From: a virus
DNA length: 64,000 nucleotides
Direction: 5' to 3' (one strand)
Virus record (IMG/VR): IMGVR_UViG_3300045988_078625
Shown: one piece after another, positions 1 through 13,703 of the stretch
Layout of the letters: each line of letters begins with the position of its first letter
Numbering within the stretch: position 1 is the stretch's first letter
Made by a program: the position numbers and the translations under genes
Notes under the pieces: model-generated
Told to the model about the DNA's origin: nothing
Database searches by the model: none
The model's input: only the letters and a program-made list of their open reading frames with translations

Positions 1-1518
1 AAACTCCGCTTTATCTGTGGTAGTATATACACTACTTATTTCATTCGCTGCAGTTCTTTGAATAACTACTCCATCTACGTTTGTCCAAATGTCTCCAAAT
101 GGATTATCAAAGCCTCTCCAACGAGGTACTTTAAAAGTATGAGTAGCCACTGTACTAGTTCCATCTGTTGCAGTGCATCCTGGGATAACTAAATCTTTAA
201 CTCCTGTGAAATTACCAATATCGTTACAGTGACCGCATGGAGTAAGAGGATAAGTTCCGTTATATCCAGACCAACTTGTGGCAGAATTACTCCAATCCGT
301 AACTCCGGGTCCAAGACCTCCCTAATGATAACCATCAGCAGTAAGCTCTGCCTCATATGTAGCCTAAGAGTTAAAGTTAGCATATTCTATTACATAATTC
401 CAGTAGAATATCCACTTGTAATATTCGTAACATAGTAATTCAGAACCTGCGTTTGTAGCATAAGTTCTCATTGTGGCTCTGGAAATATTCGTTCTTGGTT
501 TTCCTAAGTCGCTTCTGAAAATATCTTTAGTCTCCAGCTCAGTAGTCAAGTACTCGTCGAACTATGCTCTATTTCCACCTCCTCTAAATGCTGTAGTAGT
601 ATTAACTACTGATACAGCCTTTGGAGTTGCAGATACTGTAGTATCAACTGTGCTTCTATATGCATCAATTAACAATTCCGGTATTTCAACCCAAGAGTCG
701 TCTATCTTAACAGTTGATTCTCTTACCCATCTTTTATTTCCATTGGAACCAGACTTACCATAGAACTTAGGAGTGTTAACCCTAACAGTTCCTTCACTAC
801 CATCAAGCATAGAGGGAGTAGTACCGTCTTCCTTATAAGCCCAATTATCTGGATGTAAGAAATAGTTTATATTAGCTCCATTGGCTACGCATCCCCTATA
901 AGCAGACTGAATAGGAAGTGATTTATGCAGTAACGGGTTTCCAATTCTGGTGAGAACCGGAGAAGATACAGTTATATCCCATTCTACTCCATAGGAGTAA
1001 AGATCTGCGTTACTAGTCATAGCTGTTACCTAACTATCTAAATTTTGCTAAGCTTTCTGAAGTTCTTCCCAAGCCTCATTAAGTGCCTAGAATTGCTAAT
1101 CTAACTTAGTGCTAGAATCTGCCCATTGAGCAGTACCATCATTAGAATAAGTTAAAATCTATCCTGCTGCTCCTCCAGAGGGAATATGTTTGTATCCGGC
1201 TGTAGTTGGGTGTTCATAATTATTTGCACCATCTTCTACACCCTAAAGCTTCTATTTTTCTAATTCAGTATAATTAGCTTCGGAAAGACCTTTTCCTAAT
1301 TCCTTGTCTACTTTTTCGTCTATCTATTCTTTAGTTGCTAAACCACTAATGTCCTAATGTTCTGTTAGGTAGTTTTTATCATTACTTAACTATGATACTT
1401 TAGTCGGAATAGCACTAGATTTAGCATAGATCTCGGCAATATTGTTGCCAGAACCATCATAAGTAGCCTTTAAGTCGTATGTAATTTCTCCTACCTTTAT
1501 AGATTTGATAGCTGCCAT
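1..1518 (-). CDS. Tail fibre protein; the gene's 5' part lies in this window (ATG at 1516-1518) and its C-terminal coding end runs off the left edge; translated with TAG read as Gln
   Basis: Minus-strand frame is continuous through many in-frame TAG (cta) codons. The N-terminal region has the phage tail-fibre collar motif SQLSNDKNYLTEHQDISGLATK. ORF-track fragment 562..1020 is an internal piece. Confidence 0.5.
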
Positions 1519-1519
1519 A

Positions 1520-1729
1520 TTACTATATTATTAAAGTTTCTTCAACTACATCATGATCTATTCCTTCTATGGAAGCAGTTAAGTCCTCAACAGCTTTCTG
1601 AAGTTCTGCTTTAGTAGCATAGTTCTTGAGAGTATCAGGATCTACTCCAGACCCTCCTACACTACCACTAACAACTTTTACAGGCTTAGCAGAGCTTTTA
1701 AACTGTCCGTCAATATAAATTGTTCCCAT
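1520..1729 (-). CDS. Small hypothetical late protein that ends with TAG followed immediately by TAA
   Basis: Matches ORF 1523..1729 (MGTIYIDGQFKSS...). Its ATG overlaps the upstream gene's TAA by one base. Confidence 0.45.
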
Positions 1730-1734
1730 CTTGT

Positions 1735-3603
1735 TTAAAATATTAATTGTTCATTTGATTCATCTACTGATGCACTGCCCGAACCAGGCTATATTGCATC
1801 TATCTTTTTCTATAATTCGCTTACAGCTTCCTGTATCAAAGCTTCTACCTCTGCTTTAGTATAGTACTTTTCAGTAAGATATTCGCTTCTAACATATCCT
1901 GTATCCTATATATCTTTTTCTCCGTAAGTACAGTAATAAGTATCGTTCTCTGTCTTATTATTTTCAACTAGGTTATCATAATCAGTCTAGGGTAAACATA
2001 CTAATTTTGGAACTTCTTCAATAAGAGCAACTTGTTTACCTGATGCTAATAACCTATTATCTTCAGTAGTAAGATTAATAGAGCTTTCAATAGTTTGCTC
2101 TATTACTATATCTCCTGAACTTTCTTCAGTTGTTCCCTATTGTACTTCTTTTTCTACAATTTTCTAAATAGTAATGTCAGAAGTTTCTATCTATTCTGAT
2201 TTTAATAGCTTAGTATTAAATTCTTGGGAAGCAGCAGTCTAATCCTATTGATATTTATTCTAAGTAACAAATATAAAGTCATCATCACCAGTCTCGGGAG
2301 AATCTCCTCTCAAACTATCCTTTGTTACATACTCTTCTGCTATCTATCCAGACAGCTCCGTTAATGACTACTAGGTAGCGTATGTAGATTGAGCATTCTC
2401 TTTTGTAAGAAACTTTTCATCTACCTATTGACTAGTGTAATATGCTTTAATATCTTCTGTAGTAACGTAGCTCCCAAGTTTCTGTAAACCAGCAACTATC
2501 TCATCAATCTGAGATTTTGAGTAGTAGTTGGTAGCTACCCATGACTAATACTAATGAGTAGTATGGTAATTCTAATCTAGATACTCTTTAGTAATATAGA
2601 CTTTAGCGTCATTTGTCACGTCATACACATAATAGTATGTGTCAGGTTCTAGAGTACCATCTTCTACCAGTTTTAAATATTCCTCTTCAGTTAATGTAAC
2701 TAAATTTGGGACATCAGACATCATAGCAAATTGATCTTCTCCAACAAACAATCCGTCTGATTTAACATCTACTACTAGCTAATCCTCTCCTTCAATCACT
2801 GGAGATTTTATCTGTCCCACAGTAATACTTTCCAGGGAACCATCTCCATCTACTTTTAAAGTCTTATCTAATTCGCTCTAGATAGCCTACTAATCTTCGT
2901 CATATTGCTTTTTAGTAACAAAGACGAAATCATCTCCTTCTATTCCTTCCCCTCTAAGACTTTCCTTAGTAACAAATATATCATCTGTTTCCTGTTTAGT
3001 ATAGTGGTTAGACAGAGCTTTAGATAAAAGGGATTCTGGATCTTCCAAATCTAGGTCCGCCTTAGGAGCATAATTAGCAGTTAATTCTTCTAATGTTGCA
3101 TACTTAGAAAGATTCTAAATAGTCTAGTCTAAATCATTTCTAATCTATACAACTGTAGTATTAAGAGCTTTCTGCTTTAACTACTCTTCTATTTTCTTAC
3201 CCCATTCTGCTGATAGGTAAAACTAATTATCGTCTAGGCTGTCCTCATATATATAATAATATGTTTCAGCGTGAAGATATGTTTTATTCTCATCTATTGG
3301 TTTAAAATCTTCTGTAGTATTAGCAGACCATTCTTTATATTCAGCTTCTGTACAAGCTATTATCTGAATAGATTCATAAGACGCTTTCCATCCTTCTTTA
3401 TATTTAATCTTAGACTTATCAATAAGCATATAAATATTTCCGTTATCTATATTAGATACGGTCATGCCCTAATAAGCATATTTCTCTGGAATAGAATATA
3501 GCTCCTCTAGGTTATCAACTACTGTTCTATTATCCAGAGGCTTCGGAGTTTCTACGGTTAAACCAACACCTAGGGTAGCATCACCTGTATATTTAAATGC
3601 CAT
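1735..3603 (-). CDS. Large structural protein of about 622 aa, TAG-recoded, with an internally repeated DDFxFVTxxxY motif
   Basis: My manual reverse-complement translation is continuous through more than 20 TAG codons. Fragment 3223..3465 is internal. The stop is TAA at 1735-1737 and the start overlaps the upstream stop in an ATGA-style junction at 3601-3605. Confidence 0.45.
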
Positions 3604-5192
3604 TATTGTGATAGAATAAAGTTAATTTGGTGAGGTAGTGCTGAAGAGTAGGTATCCTTCTTAGTCCATACTTTATATGGGAATCCATTTATTTGTTCAG
3701 TAGAAGCTTCCCAACCATTCAGATCGACATTCAAATATCCCAATCCTCCATCTACTGTGAAGGAATTTAGCTGAGTATTACTTCCTGGTAGTTTTATAAT
3801 AGCCCTACCGCTTAACGAAAATGTAATAGTGCCAGAAGCCTAATTAAATGGAACTAAAGACTATTTTATTAGCCCATCAGTATTTCCGGAATACCAAGGA
3901 TAAGTAGCTGTTACTTGTGCAGTTGCTGATATAGAACCAGCTTCTACCCTCTTATCCGTGATTTCTCCCTTATTGTTTACTAGGTATTCTCCAGCAGCAT
4001 AGTTTACTGTACCAGAATGAGTATAAACTCCAATAGAATCATATGTAGCAGACTCTATAGGAGAACCGTTATAAGTAATAACTTCTTCTCTGCCAGTTTC
4101 TTCTCCTGCATCATTTTTTACGAAAGTTAAGGTTGGGTTTAGTAATGCGGTTCCTACTTCCACAATTTGGGAAGTAAAGCTATAATACAACTATGGATAT
4201 ATTAAATCTCTGACTACTGTTGGGAATAGTAAAGTATCTATGATTTCATTAAATGGTTTTCCTTTTAATTTTTCAACAGTAGTACCTTCTATAACAGTAG
4301 AAGTTGTATCATCCGGAAGTTCTGTCTAATAGGTAGCTATAGTTTCTAGACTAGTCTAAATATTTGTAATACTCTCACTATTAGTACTAACTTTTTCATT
4401 AGTCTCTTCCTAAGCTTTCTATACTTCTTCTATAGATTTCTAAGCTTCTTCTAACTAAGGTTCTAGATTCTTTACATAGATTCCTGGAAGAGTTATAGTA
4501 GAAGGTTCCCCTCCTTCTTCTGCAGGAGGTAATTCCTATTCAATTAAATGAATAGCATTATCATCCTGCTTAGAAAGAATAACTTCTATAGTATTATCTT
4601 CCTTTATCTCTACAGTCTTAGAGTTCTAAAGATTGTTTTTAATCCAATTAAGAATGTTCTTATCAACGTCTATATTTTCTATAGCAGCATTGATATTAGA
4701 TATTGCCTAATTAATTTCAACTATATCCTAAGACAAGTTATTTAGTCCTTCCCTATTAGTATCAATCTCTCTTTTTAGATCTTCTCCTAATACCTAAATG
4801 CTAGTCCTAATATTACTTATATCAACCTTTATCTCTTCTATTTCCTCAGTATTAGCCTCATACTAACTAATAAAAAACAATGCATAGTCTAATGCATCTT
4901 TTACAGTGTTAATATTCTCTGCAACATCGCTAGTATATGTCCATTTTTGTTCAATATACTAAACTAAGTCTTTCTAGGCCTCTATAGTTCCACTAATGTT
5001 TCCCCAAAGAAGACTCTACTCATCAGCAATTCCTAAGTTTTTTCTAACCTTAGCTCTTTCTAGTTCTGTTCTATATTCTCCTAAGTAATTATCTCTCAGA
5101 AGTGGTATAGGCTCACTTTTTATTAAATGTCCTTTCTTTCCACAAGGCTTTATGTCAGCATTGCTTACCGAAGTGTAAATAGGCTGTATCAT
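3603..5192 (-). CDS. Structural protein of about 529 aa, TAG-recoded, rich in coiled coil
   Basis: Fragment 3861..4190 is internal. Translation runs from MIQPIYTSVSNADIKPCGKKGH to ...INFILSQ and ends in TAA. Confidence 0.45.
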
Positions 5193-5347
5193 TATGATTT
5201 AATAGTTGCTATTTAATAAATTCGTGATTATCTAGTTTTACAGGTAGATTAATAAAACAGATTAAATTCAAAATATCTTGATAATCTGGTCTATATCCTT
5301 TCTTAATTCTTCCAAGAAACTCTTCATACCTTTTAATAGCCTTTCTT

Positions 5348-6079
5348 TTAAGAGCATCCACAACTTATATGTTTATGTCCATGATGGCGAGTATTGCAGA
5401 ATCCTCCACAAGTGCGGAACATTGCTAGCAATCTTTCAGCTTCCATGAATTGTTTAAAGCCTATTAAATAATCTATAATGTTGAGAGTCATCCAAATAAA
5501 ATCTCTGGCAAAAATATCTGCCTCATGTTCATTGGTAACACATTTATTTAGGAGTCCGTCAAATAATTTTTTACAATAATTAATATAGCACTATTGCAAA
5601 TTCCCTGTAAAGAATACATCTACCTTACACTTCTTGATAGTAGTGCCTTCTATGTTTCTTTCTAGAATTTCCTTTACCGTACACTCTTCTAACTCTCCTT
5701 CTACTTCTTTATATAGTTTCTCCCCATCTGTAACATAGATAGTTTCGTAGTATTCCTTATATTCATCAGATGAATTTTCATACCACTTCATATTAGGAAG
5801 TATTATATGATCTACCACATAATATCCATCCTCTTTTACTTTAAATGTACATGAATCTAAATCTTCTGTATGGTCATTTAAAAGGACATCTATTAGTGTG
5901 GCATCCCCTATACTTACCTTGATGATAGTATTTAGAGTAGCACTCTCACTATACTTATAAGAGTCGTAAGAAGTTACTACTTCTAAATCTTCATCAATAT
6001 ACTATCCATATTCTTTAGAGAAGTCTTCAATAGTTATTTCCCCAGTAATCTGGGTATGTATATCAATACTAAATTCCAT
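5348..6079 (-). CDS. Hypothetical late protein with a C-terminal Cys/His cluster, TAG-recoded
   Basis: Fragment 5591..5818 is internal. The C-terminus reads CGGFCNTRHHGHKHISCGCS and ends in TAA at 5348-5350. Confidence 0.45.
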
Positions 6080-6948
6080 TATTGTATAATTGACATCAAA
6101 TGAGGACCGTGCCATCTAACGTTATTTTCATCACTATTCAATACTCCGTTTACTGATGTTGCAGTAATCATCCACATTTTTCCAGTAAAATTATCTGGAG
6201 TATCGCTAGACCACTAACTTCCAGGATCGTCACTTGTAGTATTAACAGCTGGTTTATCTCCAGAAGTAATGGTATATCGTAACTCTAACTAACTGTCAAA
6301 TGCCCACCTACCGTATTGAGCTGGTTCAGAATATCTTTTCCATAATCCTTCTACTCTCTTACGTGTTGATATAAATACATATGGAGTAGCTGGACCAATA
6401 CTAACTGGAGTTTCTGACCAGCCTTCTGGTAATTTATTGTCAAAGGCAGTCAAATCTTCCTAAGTATTTCCTTCAGAGTCTAATATAGGATCTCCATATC
6501 CATCCTTTAGTATTGGATAAGTAATAACTGGTGCAACCCCAGTTGATCTTGCAATATAGATATTCTGAATTTTCTCAGCAATATCTGTAGCAACAATTTC
6601 GTAAATCTCATTAAGTTTAGCAGTGTCTCCTTTATACGTGTATAGAGTTTTCTTCCAAACATACGGTCTTTCTGAGTCTGGTAGTTCAAAAATATCACTC
6701 CATGTTGACAACTTTTTTACTTCGGATTCATCTTTGGTATTTGTTTTACAATAAGTAACTACTACCATGATATTACTAGCTGCTTCCGAGTCCCCACTTA
6801 GTTCTGAGACCTTTTTCCATAATTTTACAAGGTTGTCTTCTACATCTGACTTACTTCCAGAAGCATTACTAATTACCACCTCTGCATGAGAAATGGGATA
6901 TATTTGTTGCTAATCTTTATTATATACTATTGTACCTGCTGTAGCCAT
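6079..6948 (-). CDS. Hypothetical structural protein, TAG-recoded
   Basis: Fragment 6460..6879 is internal. The gene starts with MATAGTIVYNKDQQQIY two bases after the portal stop. Confidence 0.45.
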
Positions 6949-6949
6949 A

Positions 6950-9124
6950 TTAATGTATTTGTCTTACTTTATCGTTATATGGATTTCCGTCATGAAGCTA
7001 TGCTAACTCTATTTCAGTTCTCTTCTCTTCAATATCCATTTGTCTATCTTTGTAAGTAGAATCAGACTGAGCTTTAAGCCAATTAACCTTATACTCTAGT
7101 TGCATCTTCTACTGTTCTAGTCCAAGTTTTTGTTCGTCTAGCCTTTCTATTTTCTACTAAGCTTTCTCCAATTCCTATTGTAGTTGTTGTGCTTGCTATG
7201 AAGTTTCTTCCAACTTCTACTACAACTATTGTAATTGATTGTTCTCTTCTTTCTAAACCTGCATAGCTTTTTTAACCTTGTACTTTAAGTCTGTCAAACT
7301 CTTAGCTGTTAATGCTTCAAAAACTATACCAGCATCCATTTGCTAACTCTTAAGGAACTCCGGAATCATAGCTTTAATAGTCTATAAATCTTCCATAACT
7401 TCAGTGCTGGAGGTTATATGAATGTCAAAATCAGTCATTGTGAAATATTCAGGAAGGGCAGTAAATATCTACTAATACTTATCTCCCAATATAATAGTTC
7501 CAGTTAACCCTTTCTTGTAAGTTACTTTAGCCTAATTAAGACTATCTAATAATATTTCACAAGTTATCAAGTCCATTTGTTGGAAATAGTGTTTAGTTAC
7601 TATATAAGAGTTAGCGACTCCTTGCTTAATATTAGTTACAGCATCATGAGTCTCTATTCCATTAAGTCTTTCCCTAAATACTCCAGTTATAGATGATGTA
7701 GTCTATTCTACTGATTGAATAGCTAACTCAATAGCCTATACAGCCTACGCTTTAAGGGTGTCATCAAATCCATTAAAGATAGTATTTAAAGGAGCGTTTC
7801 CATTGTCATTTCTACCCTCCTAAGTAGTATCAACCCACTGAATACCAGCTTTTTTATAAGCTAGCCATTTCTATACTCTTTCTGGCCAATGTACTCCTAA
7901 GTTAGTAGGAAGTAATGACATATCCATAATAACTCCTGAGGTTCCACTATTAGCTATCAAGTTGTCTCTGTAATAGTTAAGTAAGTCATATCTATCCTGT
8001 AGATGTGCACACTTAAGTATTAAAGAATATGGCTACTGAGAACGATTTAGAAAATAAACTCCATTTACTGATAATGAACAAGAGTTAGGATCGTCTTTAG
8101 ACCTCATTGCAGTCTTGTCTAATCCTCTAAGAATATAGATTTCCTCTCCTATTCTTATAGTATTGTATCTCTGCATTTTGAAATCATCATCAGTCTCTAT
8201 CCACTCTACATCGTAGACCGGAATTAACTAAAATCTATGAGCACTATATTCATTATCTGGATACCCAGGAATGGTCTCATGATTTTGATCTTCATTAACC
8301 ACTGTACAAACATCTCCATAAACTCTTCTGTATACAGCAGCAGAATCATCTGCTCTCCATTCATCTTTTAACCTCTTTAAGTCTTCCCTAGATATTTCTT
8401 TACCATACTTAGCTAGTATTTGGCTTTTACTCATCCATTTTCTAATAACAACTCTATATGATTTCTTGACATATGGAGATTCTGGATTTCTATCAACAAA
8501 CGTATTTAATGGGTTAAGAACCTCTATCTCCACATTAGTTCCGGAGAAAGAAGACTTTACTCTAAAGAATGTGTATCCAGTAATTAGTAAGTCAGTTAAT
8601 AACTACCGCAACTTAGTAATAAGATCAGTTTCCCTAGATTGCATTAGGTAGTGAATAATGTTCTGCGCAGCAATTTCATACTGAGAAATGAATGACTAAT
8701 CAATATCCTATATAACCTTATCTAGCTGAGTCTTTACAGCTTTATCAGTAATATCTTTTCCGTCAATAAAGCTTAAGATAGCATTACTTAAGTGATCTTT
8801 TAAAAACTTAACTATTCCTTTAGTTATCTCTAGCTATTTTTCTCTGGTTATATTACTGATAGTATCTGAATCTTTGCAAGAGACTTTCGGGAGTATTGGA
8901 GTTCCTAGATATTCCCCTACTAAAGCATCTACATGCTTCTTAAGTAGTGGTGTAAATTCTACTGATGTAGGACTGCCTATTCCAAAATTCTCTTCAAGAT
9001 AGCGAAACTATTCTGGATCTCTTTTACCATTATAATAATTATAAGCTTTCTAAAGCTCATATTTATCATACACAAGTTCCGCAATAGCCTCGTTTGTTTT
9101 GTCTATCAATTCTTTCTCTTTCAT
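6950..9124 (-). CDS. Portal protein of about 724 aa, TAG-recoded
   Basis: Sits immediately downstream of the terminase large subunit. Fragment 8228..8533 is internal. Size and position match a crAss-like portal. The C-terminal tail is very Gln-rich when TAG is read as Gln. Confidence 0.5.
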
Positions 9125-9321
9125 AACATGTATTATGTTGTTCTGGAGGAAGCTTAGTGGCGTTATAATACTTAACTCTCTATAACTTCCTACTTCTTAA
9201 TTCTTCTTTAATAAAAGGCAGAAATTCATCATCGGGTAAATCAGCTATGATTACTAATGGCATCTCAGACCTGTCAAAGTTAAAAGATATTTTGTAACCA
9301 ACTGGATTCAAATCCTCAATC

Positions 9322-11682
9322 TCAAGTCCGCCTATATATTCCATTTGGTATAAGTCTCTCATATACTCTAGGATCACTTGTTTCAATTCTGTATGGGTCA
9401 TCGTATTCATCGTCTTGCATATTTAATTCTGGAGTTTCGCTAGTTGGTATAACTCCAAATCTTTTTATTCCTCTCTCATCGTAATAATAACCAAAATCCC
9501 TGAACAATTCAACTTCTTTTTCCACAACTATAGGTTGTCTTCCTGATAACTCTTCGTCTGCTAATTCTGTCATACCCATAGCTGCTATAATATCGAACTT
9601 ACCTTTATTCTCGTCATTATATCCAGTAAGCTATTCCAACATTTCTTCAAACCATATAGTATGACAATAATCTTCCACAAACGCAGCAGTTAGATCAGTG
9701 TGTTGTTCTATAATAGTTTTAGTAGCTGGAGTTCCATACTATTTAGTAGTTCCATTTTTAACATCAGTAAGAGTAGCTCTAGGACGTTTCATAAAGTAAT
9801 TCAAACATTTCTTTTCTCTAGCCCAGGTAATCATACCAACACGAGTTGCTTCTATATTTACCTTACAGTTGTAGTATCTAAGTAAACACATAGCTATTTT
9901 GTAAGCCTCTCGAATGTCTCCAGGTCTGTCCTTATACATTGCTACATACTATGGCTCACTCATACCAAATGCCCTTCTCTTAATAGTTATACAGAAGTCA
10001 GAAGGATCTTTAGTTTCCTTCGAGGTCTAATTAGCTCCTATATCAATACCGTCTATTCCTGCAATATAAAGATTATGCATTTCTTTATATACAGGTGCTT
10101 CAAATTCCTCTCCTCTTTCCTCTGCTTCCTATCTAAGTTTATCCATCTACTCCTTATATAGGTCAGACCATACTGGATGTTCCAGAATCTTTACCTTTCC
10201 CTTAGTATTAGGAATCCACTTAAATCCATCAATGTTATCAGCAGTGTGTTTATTATTTTTATAGAAGTAATCTATATAACCACATTCTGGTCTGGGACCT
10301 ATTTTCTTTAGTCTTATATTAGCTAATTGATCAGAAATAAGAATTTTGTTAAACTTGTTAACACCTTCTAGATTGAAGGCTTCTTCTGCATTCCAACAAC
10401 GTTCAGCACACTTCTTTAAATAGTCATCGGGTACTGCTAATAGATTATCTCTTTCTTCCTACAGATACTTCTTATATTCTACGGTATTACATACGCCTCT
10501 ATGATCCATGTATTCGGAGTTCAAAGACTGTACAAAATATGGAATAAAGAATCCACTCTCAATAGTAGTCCCATCTTGAGTATAATTATGTCTAAAGGGA
10601 AGAACTTTGTAAGCTTTTGGATTATAGTAAATCTTTTTAAGACCTGCTAATGGAGCACCCATATCACCACCAGTACCTCCAAACAACATTGTTCCACGAG
10701 GCTTACCCTAGACTTCACAAAGTTCTTGTCCTTGTACCACAGCAGTATCTAATCCTGGCCAAGACCCTGCTTCGTCATATATTAATAAGTCAACACGGTC
10801 TCCACGAATATTAGATGGTTTAGCTCCATTTATTCCTACTACTTCTGATTTAAATCCAACATCTTCAAACTATCCGTTTACTTTAACCTACTTACCAGAC
10901 TTCTTTCTTAAATCCTGGTCAATTAGACGAAGCTTAAAGAATCCTCCACCTGTGCAAGTATTTAAAAATGTTAGAGCATTATCAAACTTACTAAATGTAC
11001 CTTTAAGGAAGGTATCATTAAAGCAAGTAATCATTACTCTACTTCTTCTAATTACAGAATACATACGAGCGGATAGTGAGGCATTTATTTCTGAGAATCC
11101 GATTGAACGAGCCTTCATTAAAGCTGCATGTCTATGTAGTACTCTAGCCATTTGTAAGTAATGGAAGAACATGTAATGGGATGCAAAGAATATAGGGAAG
11201 TCACTATTAGTTCCTTCACCGGATGCTTTATTATCATCAATAATAGGAAGCTAATAGAAATTTAAGAAGAAATAGTTATCTCCAGTAATAGTATAACCAT
11301 TAACTGTCATTCCATATTTACATCTTCTGTACTACTCTTTCCAAAATTCATTGTATCTCTTACTGTCTTTTAAGTAGGGACAATACTTCCCAGTCTTTCT
11401 GTATACTTCTCTGGTTTCGGTGAACCATTCGGGATTAAAGTCCAAACCATGCGTTTCATCAATAGGTCTATAGCCAGTTATCTCATAAGACAAAGTAGGG
11501 TCAAAAACATCTATCTTGTCTCCTTTCTTGACGTCCCAATAGTCTGCACTTTTGACCCTTTCTTCTCTTATTTTCTATACTAGCTCTCTTGCCTCTACAG
11601 CATCTTCTTTATGTTCTTTTTCTCTTACCTAATCTACTATAGTCTATAGTTCATCAGGTAATATCTTTTTCTTTCTTGGCAT
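9322..11682 (-). CDS. terL: Terminase large subunit of about 786 aa, TAG-recoded
   Basis: Fragments 9322..9579, 9739..9939, 10459..10689 and 10888..11172 join into one frame through TAG. The ATPase region contains LLIYDEAGSW as a Walker-B-like motif, and the C-terminal RNase-H-like nuclease region contains IAGIDGIDIGANQ. The real stop is TGA at 9322-9324. Confidence 0.65.
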
Positions 11683-11684
11683 AA

Positions 11685-12245
11685 TTAAAATTCTCCAGGA
11701 TCAAAACCATCTGTAGCCCCTCCTCTAACGGTAGACTATTCAGTAAGTTCTTTTTTAACCTCATCTTCTAATGTAATTAATTCTTCGTGAACTTTATGAA
11801 GGCTAGCCATTTCCTTCATTACTTTCTCAGCAGAGAATACTGGCTTTCCACTAGTGTCACGTTCATTTAAGTCTACAATAGTATCGAAGTAATCAATAAA
11901 CTAGTCAGCAGCTCTTCTAGCAGCTTCTAATAATTTAATTGATTTATTTGAGTCCTATAATGCTCTATATTTTCTACATGCTTCCCTAAATATCGGATCA
12001 TTAAATTCTGATTCTGTTAATCCAGAATCATTAATTGCTTCATCGTGCCTTTCATATTCAGAGTACTAGCTATACGGACTCTTCCAATCAATAGCTAAAT
12101 AAATGTATGATAGTTCTCTAATTGCTCTATCCTTTTCCACAGATTTATCTCTTTGCAGTAAAGCTTTAAACTCTTTAACTAGAAGAATCTCTGGTTCATT
12201 TATTTCTAACTATTTAGTTAAAGTGTTATAGTTAAATACATTCAT
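11685..12245 (-). CDS. Putative terminase small subunit or packaging protein of 186 aa, TAG-recoded
   Basis: Lies directly upstream of terL with its stop two bases before the terL ATG. The identification rests on position only. Confidence 0.35.
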
Positions 12246-12278
12246 AATCATTAATCATTAACATTCGACAATCTTTTC

Positions 12279-13493
12279 TTACTTCTTCATTTTAGAGCCA
12301 CACTTGCTTACTTTCATTTTAGAGCCACAAGCATCCTTTTTAGTATATTGCTTTCTATCAGGAACCCATTTTCCCTTTTGGAAGTTTCCTTTATGTCCTT
12401 TATTAGACATGGTTTCCTAATCATTATATTTATTAATAGATATAGAATCTCTGGAAGCTTCATCTTTCGCTGATTTCATATCTTTCTTATACTGTGCTCT
12501 TCCTTTCTTAAATTTGTCTACCTCGTTACCTTTTACCTTAGCACCTTTCTAAGCTTTCTGGCAGGCTTTACAAATTCTACCTCCTTGTTTAAAATAAACA
12601 AGTTCTTCCCCTTCTGGGCAAACTCCTTTTAATTTTTTATAGTACTCAAGCTTAGCTCCTAATCTAGCCATAACTCCACCTTGCATTTTTTGCATAAATT
12701 CCTGGTATTTGGCTTTAATTCCGTCTTCTCCTAATTGCTGAGCATATTGTTCTAAATCCTACTCAGATTGTAATTGTATTCCTTGTGCTGCGGCATCCTG
12801 TATTAAGTATGCCATAAATGCTTTTTGTAATTCTTCCTAATTAGCCATTGCTCCTCCTTGTTGATATTTAACTCGTTGCTATCTAGCAGTTGCCTTTGGT
12901 ATATGTTCCCAACTTCTCTAATTTTTGAGCTATTCTGGAGTTAGTTTCTGCCCATACATATTAGTTGTAGGCGGCTTTATCCATTGTTCTTGGATAGTTC
13001 CAGTATGCTCTCCAGTTTCCTAGTCTACTTGATTTTGGTACGTAGTAGCTCTTTTTCCGTCTTGACTATATGTAACATAGGGATTATTCATTACTGGAGT
13101 TCCTACCTCTACTGTTGCTTTCTTTCCATTAGCTAACTATGTTCCATACACTCCTTTCCCCCATTTGAATTGAGTTAGTCCTCTCTTTCTGGCTTCTCTA
13201 AATGCTGTACCAAACCCCTAGACTCCTCTTAAGTCGTCGTTTTGAATTTGTTGCTAAGGTGCATTTATTTTCTTAGGAATAGTAGGAGTAGACGGCTTTA
13301 ATCCTAATATAGGTTTTTGTTGTATAGCTGGCACAGCACTTCTTTTCTTCTACTATGCAGTATTTCTAATAGAGTTCGGATTACTTTGCCAAGTCTAATG
13401 CAACTGTTGTAAAGTTCTTCCGTCTAACTCTGCGTCTCCATATATAGTCTTGATATGCTACATTAACTCTGGATCAAATTGTATTTTCGCCAT
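12279..13493 (-). CDS. Gln-rich hypothetical protein of about 404 aa with CxxC pairs, TAG-recoded; the first gene of the recoded block
   Basis: Manual translation starts MAKIQFDPELMQHIKTIYG and ends ...CGSKMKK with TAA, passing through about 25 in-frame TAG codons that read naturally as Gln. Confidence 0.5.
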
Positions 13494-13703
13494 TATTCTT
13501 CTACTTTAATTAAGTCTTTTGTATTAAATACTGCTTCTTGCATCAGTCCAGAATCAGTAAACCATCTACATCTAAGTCCGCGCAATCCCTGGTTATCTTT
13601 AAATAATGCTGATTCCCTTCTCAGAACAAGCATTACTGGAGAATGCATTACCTTACACTACCGTAAAGTAACACAATCCCCAGGTTTGAAATAAACTTTC
13701 TCA

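Noticed and set aside
9066-9410. A 115-aa ORF (MNTMTHTELKQ...) in a +1 frame that overlaps the terL 3' end and the portal 5' end, with one TAG
   Set aside because: It overlaps both flanking genes heavily, by 88 nt and 59 nt, so it is most likely an overprinting artefact. It is not excluded as a real gene.
1-13493. Treating the dozens of 60-150-aa minus-strand ORF-track fragments, such as 562..1020, 3861..4190, 6460..6879, 8228..8533, 10459..10689 and 10888..11172, as separate small genes
   Set aside because: They are consecutive in-frame pieces of large genes split only at TAG codons. They fuse into terL, portal and other genes once TAG is read as sense.
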